The notes beneath the pieces are model-generated. The model saw only the letters and a list, made by a program, of their open reading frames with translations, was not told the origin of the DNA and ran no database searches. The position numbers and the translations under genes were made by a program. Of a stretch of 64,000 nt of DNA, positions 51,191 to 62,244 are shown piece after piece. The DNA lies in assembly GCA_963823555.1 (NCBI GenBank), contig CAWGMA010000004.1, positions 224,001 through 288,000 of the forward strand. Direction: 5' to 3'. Source of the DNA: Candidatus Eiseniibacteriota bacterium (GTDB lineage: Bacteria > Eisenbacteria > RBG-16-71-46 > CAVPCR01). How positions within the stretch are numbered: the first letter of the stretch is position 1; each line of letters opens with the position of its first letter.

Positions 51191-54169
51191 ATGAGATCAC
51201 GTGATCTGCTCTTCCCCGTCTCGGCCCTCTCGGTCCTCATCGTCCTCCCCACGGCTGTCCTCGCCTTCACGGCGCCGGCCGATCCCGCCGCGGCGGATCT
51301 TAGTGTATCCATACCGCTGCTCGAGGAGGCCCGGTTCGTTCCCCTGGTGCAGGGAGAGCCCACGATCGAGGAGGAGCGATCGGCCCTCAGCGGTCTTCCC
51401 GGGCGCTGGGAAGTGCGCTGGAACCGGCTCACCGGAACCCCGCACCGCATCTTCGGCAGCGGCGTCGATCTCGCACCCGGAGGGCTTGCCCGCGAGAGCG
51501 ACGTGGACCGGATCTCCCGCGATTTCATCACCTCCCACCCTGAGCTCGCGGGCGCCGATGCCATCGATCTCCAGCTGCTCGCGGTCGTGCACGCGGCAGG
51601 CCACTGGAGCGCGATCTACGAGCAAGCCCACTTCGGCGTTCCGATCGAGGGCGCGCTCATCGTCTTTCTATACAGCGACCAGGGTCGGCTTCTCATGTTC
51701 GGGTCCGATGCCTACCGGACGCTCGCCGTGGCCAAGTCCCCGGCGGTGACGGCCGCTGCGGCGCTCGCTGCCGGGGCCCGCGGATTGCCGGCGCCCACCA
51801 TCACGCGCCAGCCCGAGCTTCGCATCCTTCCCGTTCCCGGCGCCGCCGCGGGTTCCGATGAGATCGCGGTCACGCATCACCTCGCCTATCGCATGGTGCT
51901 CGAGACGGTCGCCCCCCGGGGGCGCTGGATCACCTGGGTCGATGCCGCCACCGGGGATGTGCTGTGGCGGACGAACGACATCCGGTACCTCGAGATCACC
52001 GGCAACTCGACGGCTGGCATCGAGGACTTCGGCTACTGCGATGGAGTGACTCCCCTGCCGCTCAAGGATCTCACGGTCAACGTGAGCGGTGTGCCCAGCG
52101 TCCATACCAATACCGCCGGCGACTATTCGGCGACCGTCCCCGATGCGACGACACGCACCGTGACCGCCCAGCTGCGAGGCCGCCGAGTGCGCCTGCAGAA
52201 CAACGCCGGCGTCAACGCCAGCTTCTCGGGTGAGACCACGCCGGGCGTGCCTCTTGCCATCACCTGGGCGAACGCTCAGTTCGACGAGCGGGATGTGTAC
52301 GTCCACACCACGCGCTCCTTCGACTTCATCCGCTCGATCGATCCGCTCACGCCGCTCGGCGCCCTCGATGGCCAGCTCCTCGCCAATGTCAGTCTCAATG
52401 CGACCTGCAACGCCTTCTGGGATGGTTCATCGATCAACTTCTACCGCGAGGGCGACGGGTGTGCCAATACCGGGCGCATCGGTGATGTGGTCATCCACGA
52501 GTACGGCCACGGCGTGAGCCAGTTCGTCTATCAGCCGCTTGGTGTGCCCGGAGATATGGGGGAGGGCAACTCGGACATCATTGCCAATCACATGACCGAG
52601 CGCTCGCTCATCGGCGACGGGTTCAACCTCGGACAGTGCGGCCAGGGAATCCGCAATTGCGACAACACCCTTCGCTATCCGGATGACGTTGTCGGACAGG
52701 AGATCCATGCTGCGGGGCGCGTGATCTGCGGGTTCGACTGGGATGTGCGGAAGAACCTCGAGGTCCTGAACCCGGTGATCTTCGCCTCGCATTCGGATAG
52801 CCTGTGGCATTACACGCGGCTCCTCACCAAGCCGCAGAACCAGCCCGACCAGGTCGCGGTCTATTTCTTCCTCGATGACGACGACGCGGATATCACCAAC
52901 GGTTCCCCGCACTACGATGCGCTGTGCCCGGCCGCCGAGAAGCACGGCTTCGCGCCGCCCGGGCCGGCCTCCGTGGTGCCGGTGACGATCACGCACTCGC
53001 CGCTCCACTCGACGACCGATGAGTCGAATCCGCGTGCTGTCGACGCCACGATGATCTCGACCGCGGGCGCCATCGACTTGAACCAGACCCGGCTCCATTA
53101 CCGGGTGAACGCCGGTCCGGAAGTGGATGTGGCGATGGCCGCGACCGGAACTCCCAACCAGTATCGCGGCTTCATTCCGGCGCAGCCCACCGGCAGCCGG
53201 GTCACCTACACCATCACGACGGCCGACGTGGCCGGTAACGGCGGAGCCCACCCGCCGCAACGCTGCTTCCCTGAGGTGCCGAACGGTGTCGAGGTCTACC
53301 ATGGGGCGACCATCCTCGATGAGCTCGAGGCCGAGAGCGGCTGGACCGTGGGTGCCCCCGGCGACAACGCCACGACGGGGATCTGGGAGCGCGTCGACCC
53401 GGTCGGCACGGCAGCTCAGCCCGAGAACGACCGCACGCCCGCGCCGGGCACGATGTGCTTCGTCACGGGCCAGGGCCTGCCCGGCGGCGGCCTCGGCGAC
53501 GATGACGTCGACGGGGGCCGCACCACGCTCCTGTCTCCCGTCTACGATCTCTCCACGCTCCCGAGCGCCGATCTGCTCTATCACCGCTGGTACTCGAACG
53601 ACACCGGCGCGGCGCCGAACAGCGATTTCTGGGTCGTCGACGTCTCCAATGACGGCGGCGCGACCTGGGTCAACGTGGAGAACACGAACGTCACCGATCA
53701 GACCTGGCGGGAAGTGCGCATCAACCTGAACCAGATCTTCGGCGTGCGTCCGGATCGGTTGCGCGTGCGGTTCATTGCCTCTGATGAGGGCGAGGGCTCG
53801 CTGGTCGAGGCCGGCATCGACGAGTTCATGATCCTCGGCTCCGAGATTCCCAACGCGATCGATGATGCCCCGGCGGGCGCCGTGCCGGCCCGCTTCACGC
53901 TCGGCCCCTTGGTGCCCAACCCCTTCAATCCGGCGACGATGATCCACTTCACGGTGCCCGAACCCGCCGCGGTGAGTCTCGTGATCTACGATGTGGATGG
54001 ACGCCTGGTGCGCGCCCTGGCTTCAGGGTCGCGCTACGAGGCTGGAACGCATGGGCTCCGCTGGGACGGGCGCGACAGCGGTGGAGGGCGCGTTTCATCC
54101 GGCGTGTACTACGTGCGTCTGGCGGCCGGCGATTTCGCGGAGACGCAGAAGATCGTCATGGTCAAGTGA
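51191..54169 (+). CDS. Secreted gluzincin metallopeptidase (M4/M36-like) with beta-sandwich and FlgD-Ig tail
   Basis: Signal peptide; propeptide-like region; CNAFWDG, HEYGH, GEGNSD; PNPFNP...WDGRD..G..VSSGVY..KIVMVK tail. Confidence 0.85.
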   Translation: MRSRDLLFPVSALSVLIVLPTAVLAFTAPADPAAADLSVSIPLLEEARFVPLVQGEPTIEEERSALSGLPGRWEVRWNRLTGTPHRIFGSGVDLAPGGLARESDVDRISRDFITSHPELAGADAIDLQLLAVVHAAGHWSAIYEQAHFGVPIEGALIVFLYSDQGRLLMFGSDAYRTLAVAKSPAVTAAAALAAGARGLPAPTITRQPELRILPVPGAAAGSDEIAVTHHLAYRMVLETVAPRGRWITWVDAATGDVLWRTNDIRYLEITGNSTAGIEDFGYCDGVTPLPLKDLTVNVSGVPSVHTNTAGDYSATVPDATTRTVTAQLRGRRVRLQNNAGVNASFSGETTPGVPLAITWANAQFDERDVYVHTTRSFDFIRSIDPLTPLGALDGQLLANVSLNATCNAFWDGSSINFYREGDGCANTGRIGDVVIHEYGHGVSQFVYQPLGVPGDMGEGNSDIIANHMTERSLIGDGFNLGQCGQGIRNCDNTLRYPDDVVGQEIHAAGRVICGFDWDVRKNLEVLNPVIFASHSDSLWHYTRLLTKPQNQPDQVAVYFFLDDDDADITNGSPHYDALCPAAEKHGFAPPGPASVVPVTITHSPLHSTTDESNPRAVDATMISTAGAIDLNQTRLHYRVNAGPEVDVAMAATGTPNQYRGFIPAQPTGSRVTYTITTADVAGNGGAHPPQRCFPEVPNGVEVYHGATILDELEAESGWTVGAPGDNATTGIWERVDPVGTAAQPENDRTPAPGTMCFVTGQGLPGGGLGDDDVDGGRTTLLSPVYDLSTLPSADLLYHRWYSNDTGAAPNSDFWVVDVSNDGGATWVNVENTNVTDQTWREVRINLNQIFGVRPDRLRVRFIASDEGEGSLVEAGIDEFMILGSEIPNAIDDAPAGAVPARFTLGPLVPNPFNPATMIHFTVPEPAAVSLVIYDVDGRLVRALASGSRYEAGTHGLRWDGRDSGGGRVSSGVYYVRLAAGDFAETQKIVMVK

Positions 54170-55467
54170 CCGCTACAGAGCCAGGGAGAGACGGTCGCGG
54201 GTGGTGGCTTGGGCTCGGGACGATCCTGGTCCTGGCGCTCCTGTTTCGGCTCGCCGCCATCCAGATCGATCCCGAGCTCCTGCCCACCGCCGACGCCCGC
54301 GAGTACCAGCGGATCGCGGCCAATGTGCTCGCCGGCCGAGGTTTCGATTCGGGCGCTCCGGGGGATCCCTTGTGGCACCCCAAGAGCTGGCGAATGCCGG
54401 GGTACCCGCTCTTCATCGCGGCCCACTGGTCGCTGTTCGAGCCGCGCCGGCGCCCGATCCTGATCTCACAGGCCATTCTCGACGCAGCGACCGCACTCCT
54501 GGTCGTTGTGCTCGGGCGTCGTTTGTTTGCGCCGCGAGTGGCTCTGCTGGCGGGTTTCCTCTACGCTCTCCACCCGCTGGCGGCGATCCAGACTGCGGCC
54601 CTGGGCACCGAGACGCTGACCACGTTTCTGCTCACATCCTTCCTCATCCTCACCTATCGCGCAGCTGAGCGGCCAGGGCTCGGCCGCGGCGCAGTGGCCG
54701 GGCTCCTCTTCGGACTCGTTCTCCTCGTGCGCCCGACCCCGCAGCTGTTCCTGCCGTTCGCGATGGCGTTCATCATGTTGCCCACCCTGGCGCGCAGCAG
54801 TGCGGGAGCGGACTCCTCGCTGCTCCGCCGGACCGGCGCCGCCCTGGCGCTCGCCTCTGTCTGCATCCTCGTGGTCAGCCCATGGACCGCGCGCAATTAC
54901 CGCGTGCATGGCGCCTTCGTTCCGCTGTCGACGCTCGGCGGCGTCGTCCTCAACCAGGGAGTCAGCGGGATCCGGGTCGGTGACTGGTGGTCCAGGTCGG
55001 GACTCTCCTCCATTCCGGCGGAGGACTGGGCACGCTGGCGGGAACTGGGGGAGGTGGCGGGCGAGCGCGCCATGCGCCACCGTGCGATCGAGGTCATCCG
55101 TGAGCGCCCGGGGCTGTACGCGTTGAGCGTGGGCCCGAAGCTCGTGCGCTTCTGGCTCCACGTGAGCGCTGGATACGGCCGTATCTCACCGCGTGGCTGG
55201 GCGGTGTTCTTGCTGGAGGGCACCCTGCTGGTCCTGGCCGCGCTGGCTTTCCTCCGCTACCGGGGACCGTGGGTGGCGGCAGGACGACTCCTGTGGCTGC
55301 TGGTCGCCTACCACTCGGTGCTGTATGCCCTCACCATCGCCGAGGTCCGCTTCAGCTATGTCGTCCTGCCGTGCGTCATGCTGCCCGTGGCTCACGCGTT
55401 CGCCCGGCTCCGCCCGCGGCAAGGAAGCATGCCGGCGCTCGGTCCTAGCGGCGATGTGTCGCCTTGA
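54166..55467 (+). CDS. GT-C fold membrane glycosyltransferase (ArnT/GT39-like)
   Basis: LALLFRL, DA.EY...A, RMPGYPLF, TETL, LVRP, PWT.RNY, EVRF; multiple TMs. Confidence 0.82.
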   Translation: MTATEPGRDGRGWWLGLGTILVLALLFRLAAIQIDPELLPTADAREYQRIAANVLAGRGFDSGAPGDPLWHPKSWRMPGYPLFIAAHWSLFEPRRRPILISQAILDAATALLVVVLGRRLFAPRVALLAGFLYALHPLAAIQTAALGTETLTTFLLTSFLILTYRAAERPGLGRGAVAGLLFGLVLLVRPTPQLFLPFAMAFIMLPTLARSSAGADSSLLRRTGAALALASVCILVVSPWTARNYRVHGAFVPLSTLGGVVLNQGVSGIRVGDWWSRSGLSSIPAEDWARWRELGEVAGERAMRHRAIEVIRERPGLYALSVGPKLVRFWLHVSAGYGRISPRGWAVFLLEGTLLVLAALAFLRYRGPWVAAGRLLWLLVAYHSVLYALTIAEVRFSYVVLPCVMLPVAHAFARLRPRQGSMPALGPSGDVSP

Positions 55468-56608
55468 TCGCACCCCATGTGGTCTCGGTGAGCGGGCTCT
55501 GGGCCGGATCGGGAATCGCGACCGTGCCGCAGCCGACACCGAGCGCGCCGACGAGCCCGCAGGCGCCGGGTGAGTTCGCCGGCTGGCAGGGCGAGGCGGC
55601 GTTGAGTGCGAAGTCACCCCCGGGCCGGTCGCAGAAGAGCGGGTCGGCGCCGAAGTTCCCGTCCTGCCCCTGCTGCCCGGCGATGCAGCCGGTCCAGTCC
55701 CCGTCGGCGTTGCCGAACACATCGCAGCAGCTGAGGCTCGCGCTCGAGCCGCCGGTGCAGCTCACGGCCTCGCCGTCCGAGCTGAAGGCGATGATCGTGT
55801 TGGTGGCCGTTGCCGTGGTGCCCCCGTCGAGGCGTAGGCCGCCTCCACCACCGCCGAAGACGGCGGCATTGTCGGACAGCGTGCATCCGGTGAGCTCGAG
55901 CGTCGAGGCGTCGCTCGCGATCGCGCCACCGTAAGCGATGGTCGAGTTGCCATCGAGGATGCAGCTGGTCAGGGTCAGGGTCGAGTTGAGCGCGTAGATG
56001 CCGCCCCCGTAGAAGGTCGCGCTGTTGCCGCTCATCCGGCACCCCGTGAAGACGGCCGAGGCTCCATCCAGGAAGGCGACGCCACCGCTCCCGTGGTTGC
56101 CCTCGTTGGCGGTGAACGTGCAGTCGGTGAAGGTCGGGGTGCTACCTTCGAGGTAGAGCGCGCCGCCGCCGAGGTCGAAGGTGATGTTGGTGGCGAAGTG
56201 GCAGCTGAGGATGGTCGGGGCGGTCGTGGCCCCGGTGACGAGCATGCCGGCCCCGAAATCGGCCGATCCGCCGGTGATGGTGAAGCCCTCGATCACGGCC
56301 GCGCTCGTCTCCCCGCCGTGCAGGAAGAACCCGCGCCCCTGGTCCTGGCAGTCGATCATGGTGCTCGCCGCCCCGGCCTCGGAGCGGAGCGTGATGTCCC
56401 TGCCGCCGAAATCGAGGTCGTGGTTGCCGGGACCCGTGTAGGTGCCCGGGGCCACGAGTACCAGATCCCCCGTCCCGGCGGCGTCGATACCCGCCTGAAT
56501 GGTCGGCTGATCCAGGGGGACCCGGATGGTCTCGGCGAGGGCCACGCGGGGGAGAAGACCCATCCCGACCGCCAGCCCGCAGAAGACGACGCAGGAAAGT
56601 CGTCGCAT
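55445..56608 (-). CDS. Secreted right-handed parallel beta-helix protein with C-terminal TWGAIK motif
   Basis: Signal peptide; VP.DQPTIQAGI, V.PGTY, repeated N.A..GG units, ADPLFC, SPC, TTWGAIKA. Confidence 0.88.
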   Translation of the reverse strand: MRRLSCVVFCGLAVGMGLLPRVALAETIRVPLDQPTIQAGIDAAGTGDLVLVAPGTYTGPGNHDLDFGGRDITLRSEAGAASTMIDCQDQGRGFFLHGGETSAAVIEGFTITGGSADFGAGMLVTGATTAPTILSCHFATNITFDLGGGALYLEGSTPTFTDCTFTANEGNHGSGGVAFLDGASAVFTGCRMSGNSATFYGGGIYALNSTLTLTSCILDGNSTIAYGGAIASDASTLELTGCTLSDNAAVFGGGGGGLRLDGGTTATATNTIIAFSSDGEAVSCTGGSSASLSCCDVFGNADGDWTGCIAGQQGQDGNFGADPLFCDRPGGDFALNAASPCQPANSPGACGLVGALGVGCGTVAIPDPAQSPLTETTWGAIKATHRR

Positions 56609-56787
56609 TGCTCGTTCCTCCACCGGTGGAATCCTCGTGTGAACGCCAACCATCATATCGCAACCGCTGGGCCGCCGCCAATGGCCGGCGCGGCGGTGCC
56701 GTAAGCAGGTCTCGACTTGAGGTCGGTGAAGGTCCTATGGTCCCTCCGTCGTCGGGCCGCGGGTCTCCCGTCTCGAAGAGGTGCCTG

Positions 56788-58980
56788 ATGCAAGATCAGG
56801 AATGCGCCGCCAGGATCGTGTTCCGAATCGCCACTGCTCTCGTGTCGCTGACCATGGGGACTCTGGCACATCCCGGACACTCCTCTGCCACTCCCGCAAC
56901 CCCCAAGCAGCCCGCCTCGAACGTGTATCACGGCGTGGCGGTCGGGGATGACTACCAGTGGCTCGAGGACTGGAATGATCCCCGGGTTCGCGAATGGAGC
57001 GCCGCTCAGAACGCGCTCGCCCGCGCCTATCTCGACGCCATCCCCGAACGGGTTGCGATCCTGGACCGGGTCGCGGAGCTCAGGCAGAGCCTCGCTCCGG
57101 AGTACAGGAGCGTGATTCAGCGCGGCGGGAAGCTCTTTGCAATCAAGGACGAACCGCCGAAGGAGCAGCCGTTCCTGGTCGTCTTCGATTCCGTGGATGA
57201 CGCGGAGGGGGAGCGGGTGCTCGTCGACCCGAGCACCCTCGACCCGGGCGGCCATACGACGATCGATTTCTTCGTGCCTTCGCCGGATGGATCTCATGTC
57301 GCCGTGTCGCTGTCGCGCGGCGGCTCCGAGGACGGCACCGTATCCGTGTTCGCCACGGCGACCGGGGAACGCTTGCCCGACTCGATCCCCCGAGTGAACG
57401 GTGGGACGGCGGGCGGCTCGGTCGCCTGGACTGCCGACGGCGCCGGTCTCTACCGCACGCGCTACCCGGATCCGAGCACCCGGCCGGCCGGCGAGCTGCC
57501 CTTCCATGAGCAGGTCTACTACCACCGCCTGGGCACCGCCGCCGAGGACGATGTGTATGCCTTTGGCCGTGATCTGCCCCGCATCGCGGAGATCTTCCTC
57601 ACGGCACGCGATGGCGGGCCCGAGATCCTCGCCGACGTCCTCAACGGAGATGGCGGCGAGCACGCATTCTGGCTCCACGACCCGGAGACGCGGTCGTGGA
57701 CGCAGATCGCGGGATTCGGCGACGAGTGCGTCCGAGCGCACTTCGGAGCGAGCGGTGATGAAGGACTCTATCTCCTGTCCTACAGCGGCGCGCCGACCGG
57801 TAAGATCCTCCGCCTGGCGCTCGATCAACCGGAACTGAAGAAGGCCCGCCGCGTCGTCGAGCCGAGCACCGTGGCCATCGAGGACTTTCTGCCCACCGCC
57901 TCGCGCATGGTCGTGCTCGATGTGGTCGGCGGGCCATCCCGCATCCGCCTCTTCGATCATGCGGGCACGCAGCTCGGCCTGGTTCCGCTGCCGCTCTTCC
58001 AGGCGGTCAACGATCTGGTGCATCTCGGTGCGGACGATTTCATCTTCCGGCGCCAGAGCTACACCCAGCCGAGCGGATGGTACCGCTTCGATCCGACGAC
58101 CTGGAAGGTGATGCCGACCCGACTGCTCGCGCGCTCGCCCGCCGATTTCGCGGACGTCGAGGTCCGGCGCGAGTTCGCCCCGGCGAAGGATGGGACGCGG
58201 ATCCCGATCAACCTCCTCGTGCGCAAGGGCACGCCGACCGACGGCACAGCACCTACCATTCTCTATGGATACGGAGGCTACGGGATCAGTCAGAAGCCCA
58301 CCTTCGACGCCACCCGACGGCTCTGGCTCGACCAGGGCGGGATCTGGGCGATCGCCAATGTGCGCGGCGGGGGAGAGTTCGGCGAACCCTGGCACCTGGC
58401 GGGGAAGCTGACGCGGAAGCAGAACGTCTTCGATGACTTTGCGGCCTGCGCCGAGTATCTGATCGACCGGGGTTACACGTCGCGGGAACGGTTGGCGATT
58501 CAGGGGGGATCGAACGGCGGTCTCCTCATGGGGGCCGTTCTCGTCCAGCGGCCCGAGCTATTCCGTGCCGTCGTTTCCCGCGCCGGCATCTACGACATGC
58601 TCCGCGTGGAGCTCACGCCGAACGGCGAGTTCAACACCACGGAGTTCGGAAGCGTGAAGGACGCGGAGCAGTGGAAGGCGCTCCATGCCTACTCGCCCTA
58701 TCACCATGTGGTCGACGGCGTGTCCTATCCCGCCGTCCTGTTCCTGACCGGCGCCAACGACCCGCGGGTCGATCCCATGCACTCGCGCAAGATGATTGCT
58801 CGTCTGAAGACGGCCAGCGCTTCGGCCCACCCCATCCTCCTCCGCACCAGCGCTCACACCGGGCACGGCGGCGGGACGCCCCTGTCCAGTCGGAACGAGG
58901 AGCTGGGCGACATCTACGCCTTCCTGTTCAAGGAGCTGGGATTGACGGGCTTCACAGCAGGAGCCAGAGTCATCCGCTAG
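56788..58980 (+). CDS. Prolyl oligopeptidase (S9A)
   Basis: D.YQWLED, YGYGG, NVRGGGEFG, KQNVFDDF, GGSNGGLL, D.RV, GHG; start uncertain. Confidence 0.95.
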   Translation: MQDQECAARIVFRIATALVSLTMGTLAHPGHSSATPATPKQPASNVYHGVAVGDDYQWLEDWNDPRVREWSAAQNALARAYLDAIPERVAILDRVAELRQSLAPEYRSVIQRGGKLFAIKDEPPKEQPFLVVFDSVDDAEGERVLVDPSTLDPGGHTTIDFFVPSPDGSHVAVSLSRGGSEDGTVSVFATATGERLPDSIPRVNGGTAGGSVAWTADGAGLYRTRYPDPSTRPAGELPFHEQVYYHRLGTAAEDDVYAFGRDLPRIAEIFLTARDGGPEILADVLNGDGGEHAFWLHDPETRSWTQIAGFGDECVRAHFGASGDEGLYLLSYSGAPTGKILRLALDQPELKKARRVVEPSTVAIEDFLPTASRMVVLDVVGGPSRIRLFDHAGTQLGLVPLPLFQAVNDLVHLGADDFIFRRQSYTQPSGWYRFDPTTWKVMPTRLLARSPADFADVEVRREFAPAKDGTRIPINLLVRKGTPTDGTAPTILYGYGGYGISQKPTFDATRRLWLDQGGIWAIANVRGGGEFGEPWHLAGKLTRKQNVFDDFAACAEYLIDRGYTSRERLAIQGGSNGGLLMGAVLVQRPELFRAVVSRAGIYDMLRVELTPNGEFNTTEFGSVKDAEQWKALHAYSPYHHVVDGVSYPAVLFLTGANDPRVDPMHSRKMIARLKTASASAHPILLRTSAHTGHGGGTPLSSRNEELGDIYAFLFKELGLTGFTAGARVIR

Positions 58981-59439
58981 CCGGGTTTCAGCGCGGCAAG
59001 CGCCGCTTAAGTCATCTATCGACAGAGAGTTGATCTGCGGAGCTCCGCCGCGATCGGGATGGCCGTTCTCTCCCCATGCCCTGCCGTTTCCGCAACCGGG
59101 GGCTGTCCTCCTCTGTCCAAACAGAGGACGTGAGGTTGTCCGCCGACCTTGGGCCCGGGGCCGAGTCTCTCACGGCGGCAGCCGAGACGGTCCTCGGCAC
59201 CCCCCCCTCCCCGTCAAAGTCACAGGAGGATGCCTTGAGCTCAGGGAGCGTACGCGCCCGTTGTTTCGGCCGTGGCGCCCTCTTGGGCGATGATGTCGAG
59301 GTCCGGCTCGATCTCGAGGCGGTCCACCGGGCCCCGGAGGCCAGATGATTCCAATGGCGGCGCTCCGGTGCGCGAGGATCAGATATCCGTCGCCGCGTGT
59401 GGCCGGGTGCGACCTCCGATCCTGAACATCGCGCGAACG

Positions 59440-61593
<2,154 letters not shown>

Positions 61594-61787
61594 CCGTACG
61601 GCGAGGAGCCGAACGACGAGGAGCCGAGCCGGCGACACTCCGGCGACAGGCCGACGACCCGGGCCGAGCTGGCCGGGCCTCAATGCGCAGGACAAAGACC
61701 GCTCCGCCCGCGTTGCTTCTCGGTCCGGGAATTGCTTATCCCGACAGCGACCCTGGCGACCACACCCGTCACCACGGAGGTCTAGCC

Positions 61788-62186
61788 ATGGAAACCGCTG
61801 TTCGTCGCTCCCCATCCTCGATCTGTCTCCTCGCCTCGATCCTCCTCTTCGGTACCGTCCTCGCCGTCGGCTGCGCGCCCGAACGGCCCCTGCGTCCGTC
61901 CGCGCCCGTTCCTCCCGAATACGCATCTCCCGTGCTCGTGCTGGAGGCCCATGGGTCCGAGTTCGCCCGCGTCGAAGACCGCGGGGCGGTCGAGTCCCTG
62001 CTCGAGTCGTTACCAGCCGGGGAACGGCAGGCGCTTCTCCAGACCGGCACCCTGTCGACGCGTGACCCCGGGTTCATGGCGGCCGTGCGCCGCCTGATCG
62101 CCAGCGAGAGCTCCGATCGTGCCGGCTTCGATGCGCACGTGAGGAGGGTCACCTGGGGCGAGATCAAGATCCGGTACACGACATAG
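61788..62186 (+). CDS. Small lipoprotein with C-terminal TWGEIK motif
   Basis: GGAGG RBS; lipobox LAVGC; ends VTWGEIKIRYTT. Confidence 0.7.
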   Translation: METAVRRSPSSICLLASILLFGTVLAVGCAPERPLRPSAPVPPEYASPVLVLEAHGSEFARVEDRGAVESLLESLPAGERQALLQTGTLSTRDPGFMAAVRRLIASESSDRAGFDAHVRRVTWGEIKIRYTT

Positions 62187-62202
62187 CTGCCCGGGAGTCG
62201 CG

Positions 62203-62232
62203 AGCGGCGGCGGGAGGGGGACTGCCGCCGCT
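62203..62232. terminator. GC-rich hairpin between convergent genes
   Basis: AGCGGCGGCGG / CTGCCGCCGCT, 11-bp stem with one G-U; no U-tract. Confidence 0.45.
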
Positions 62233-62244
62233 GCCCTGGTCCCG

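Noticed and set aside
59020..59080. Glycine riboswitch-like GGAGAG...AACTCTC on the minus strand
   Set aside because: Lacks the CCGAAG core and points into the 3' end of a convergent gene
59241..59354. Short minus-strand peptide [26 protein letters not shown]... resembling a receiver-domain fragment
   Set aside because: Too short, no RBS, and the similarity is only anecdotal
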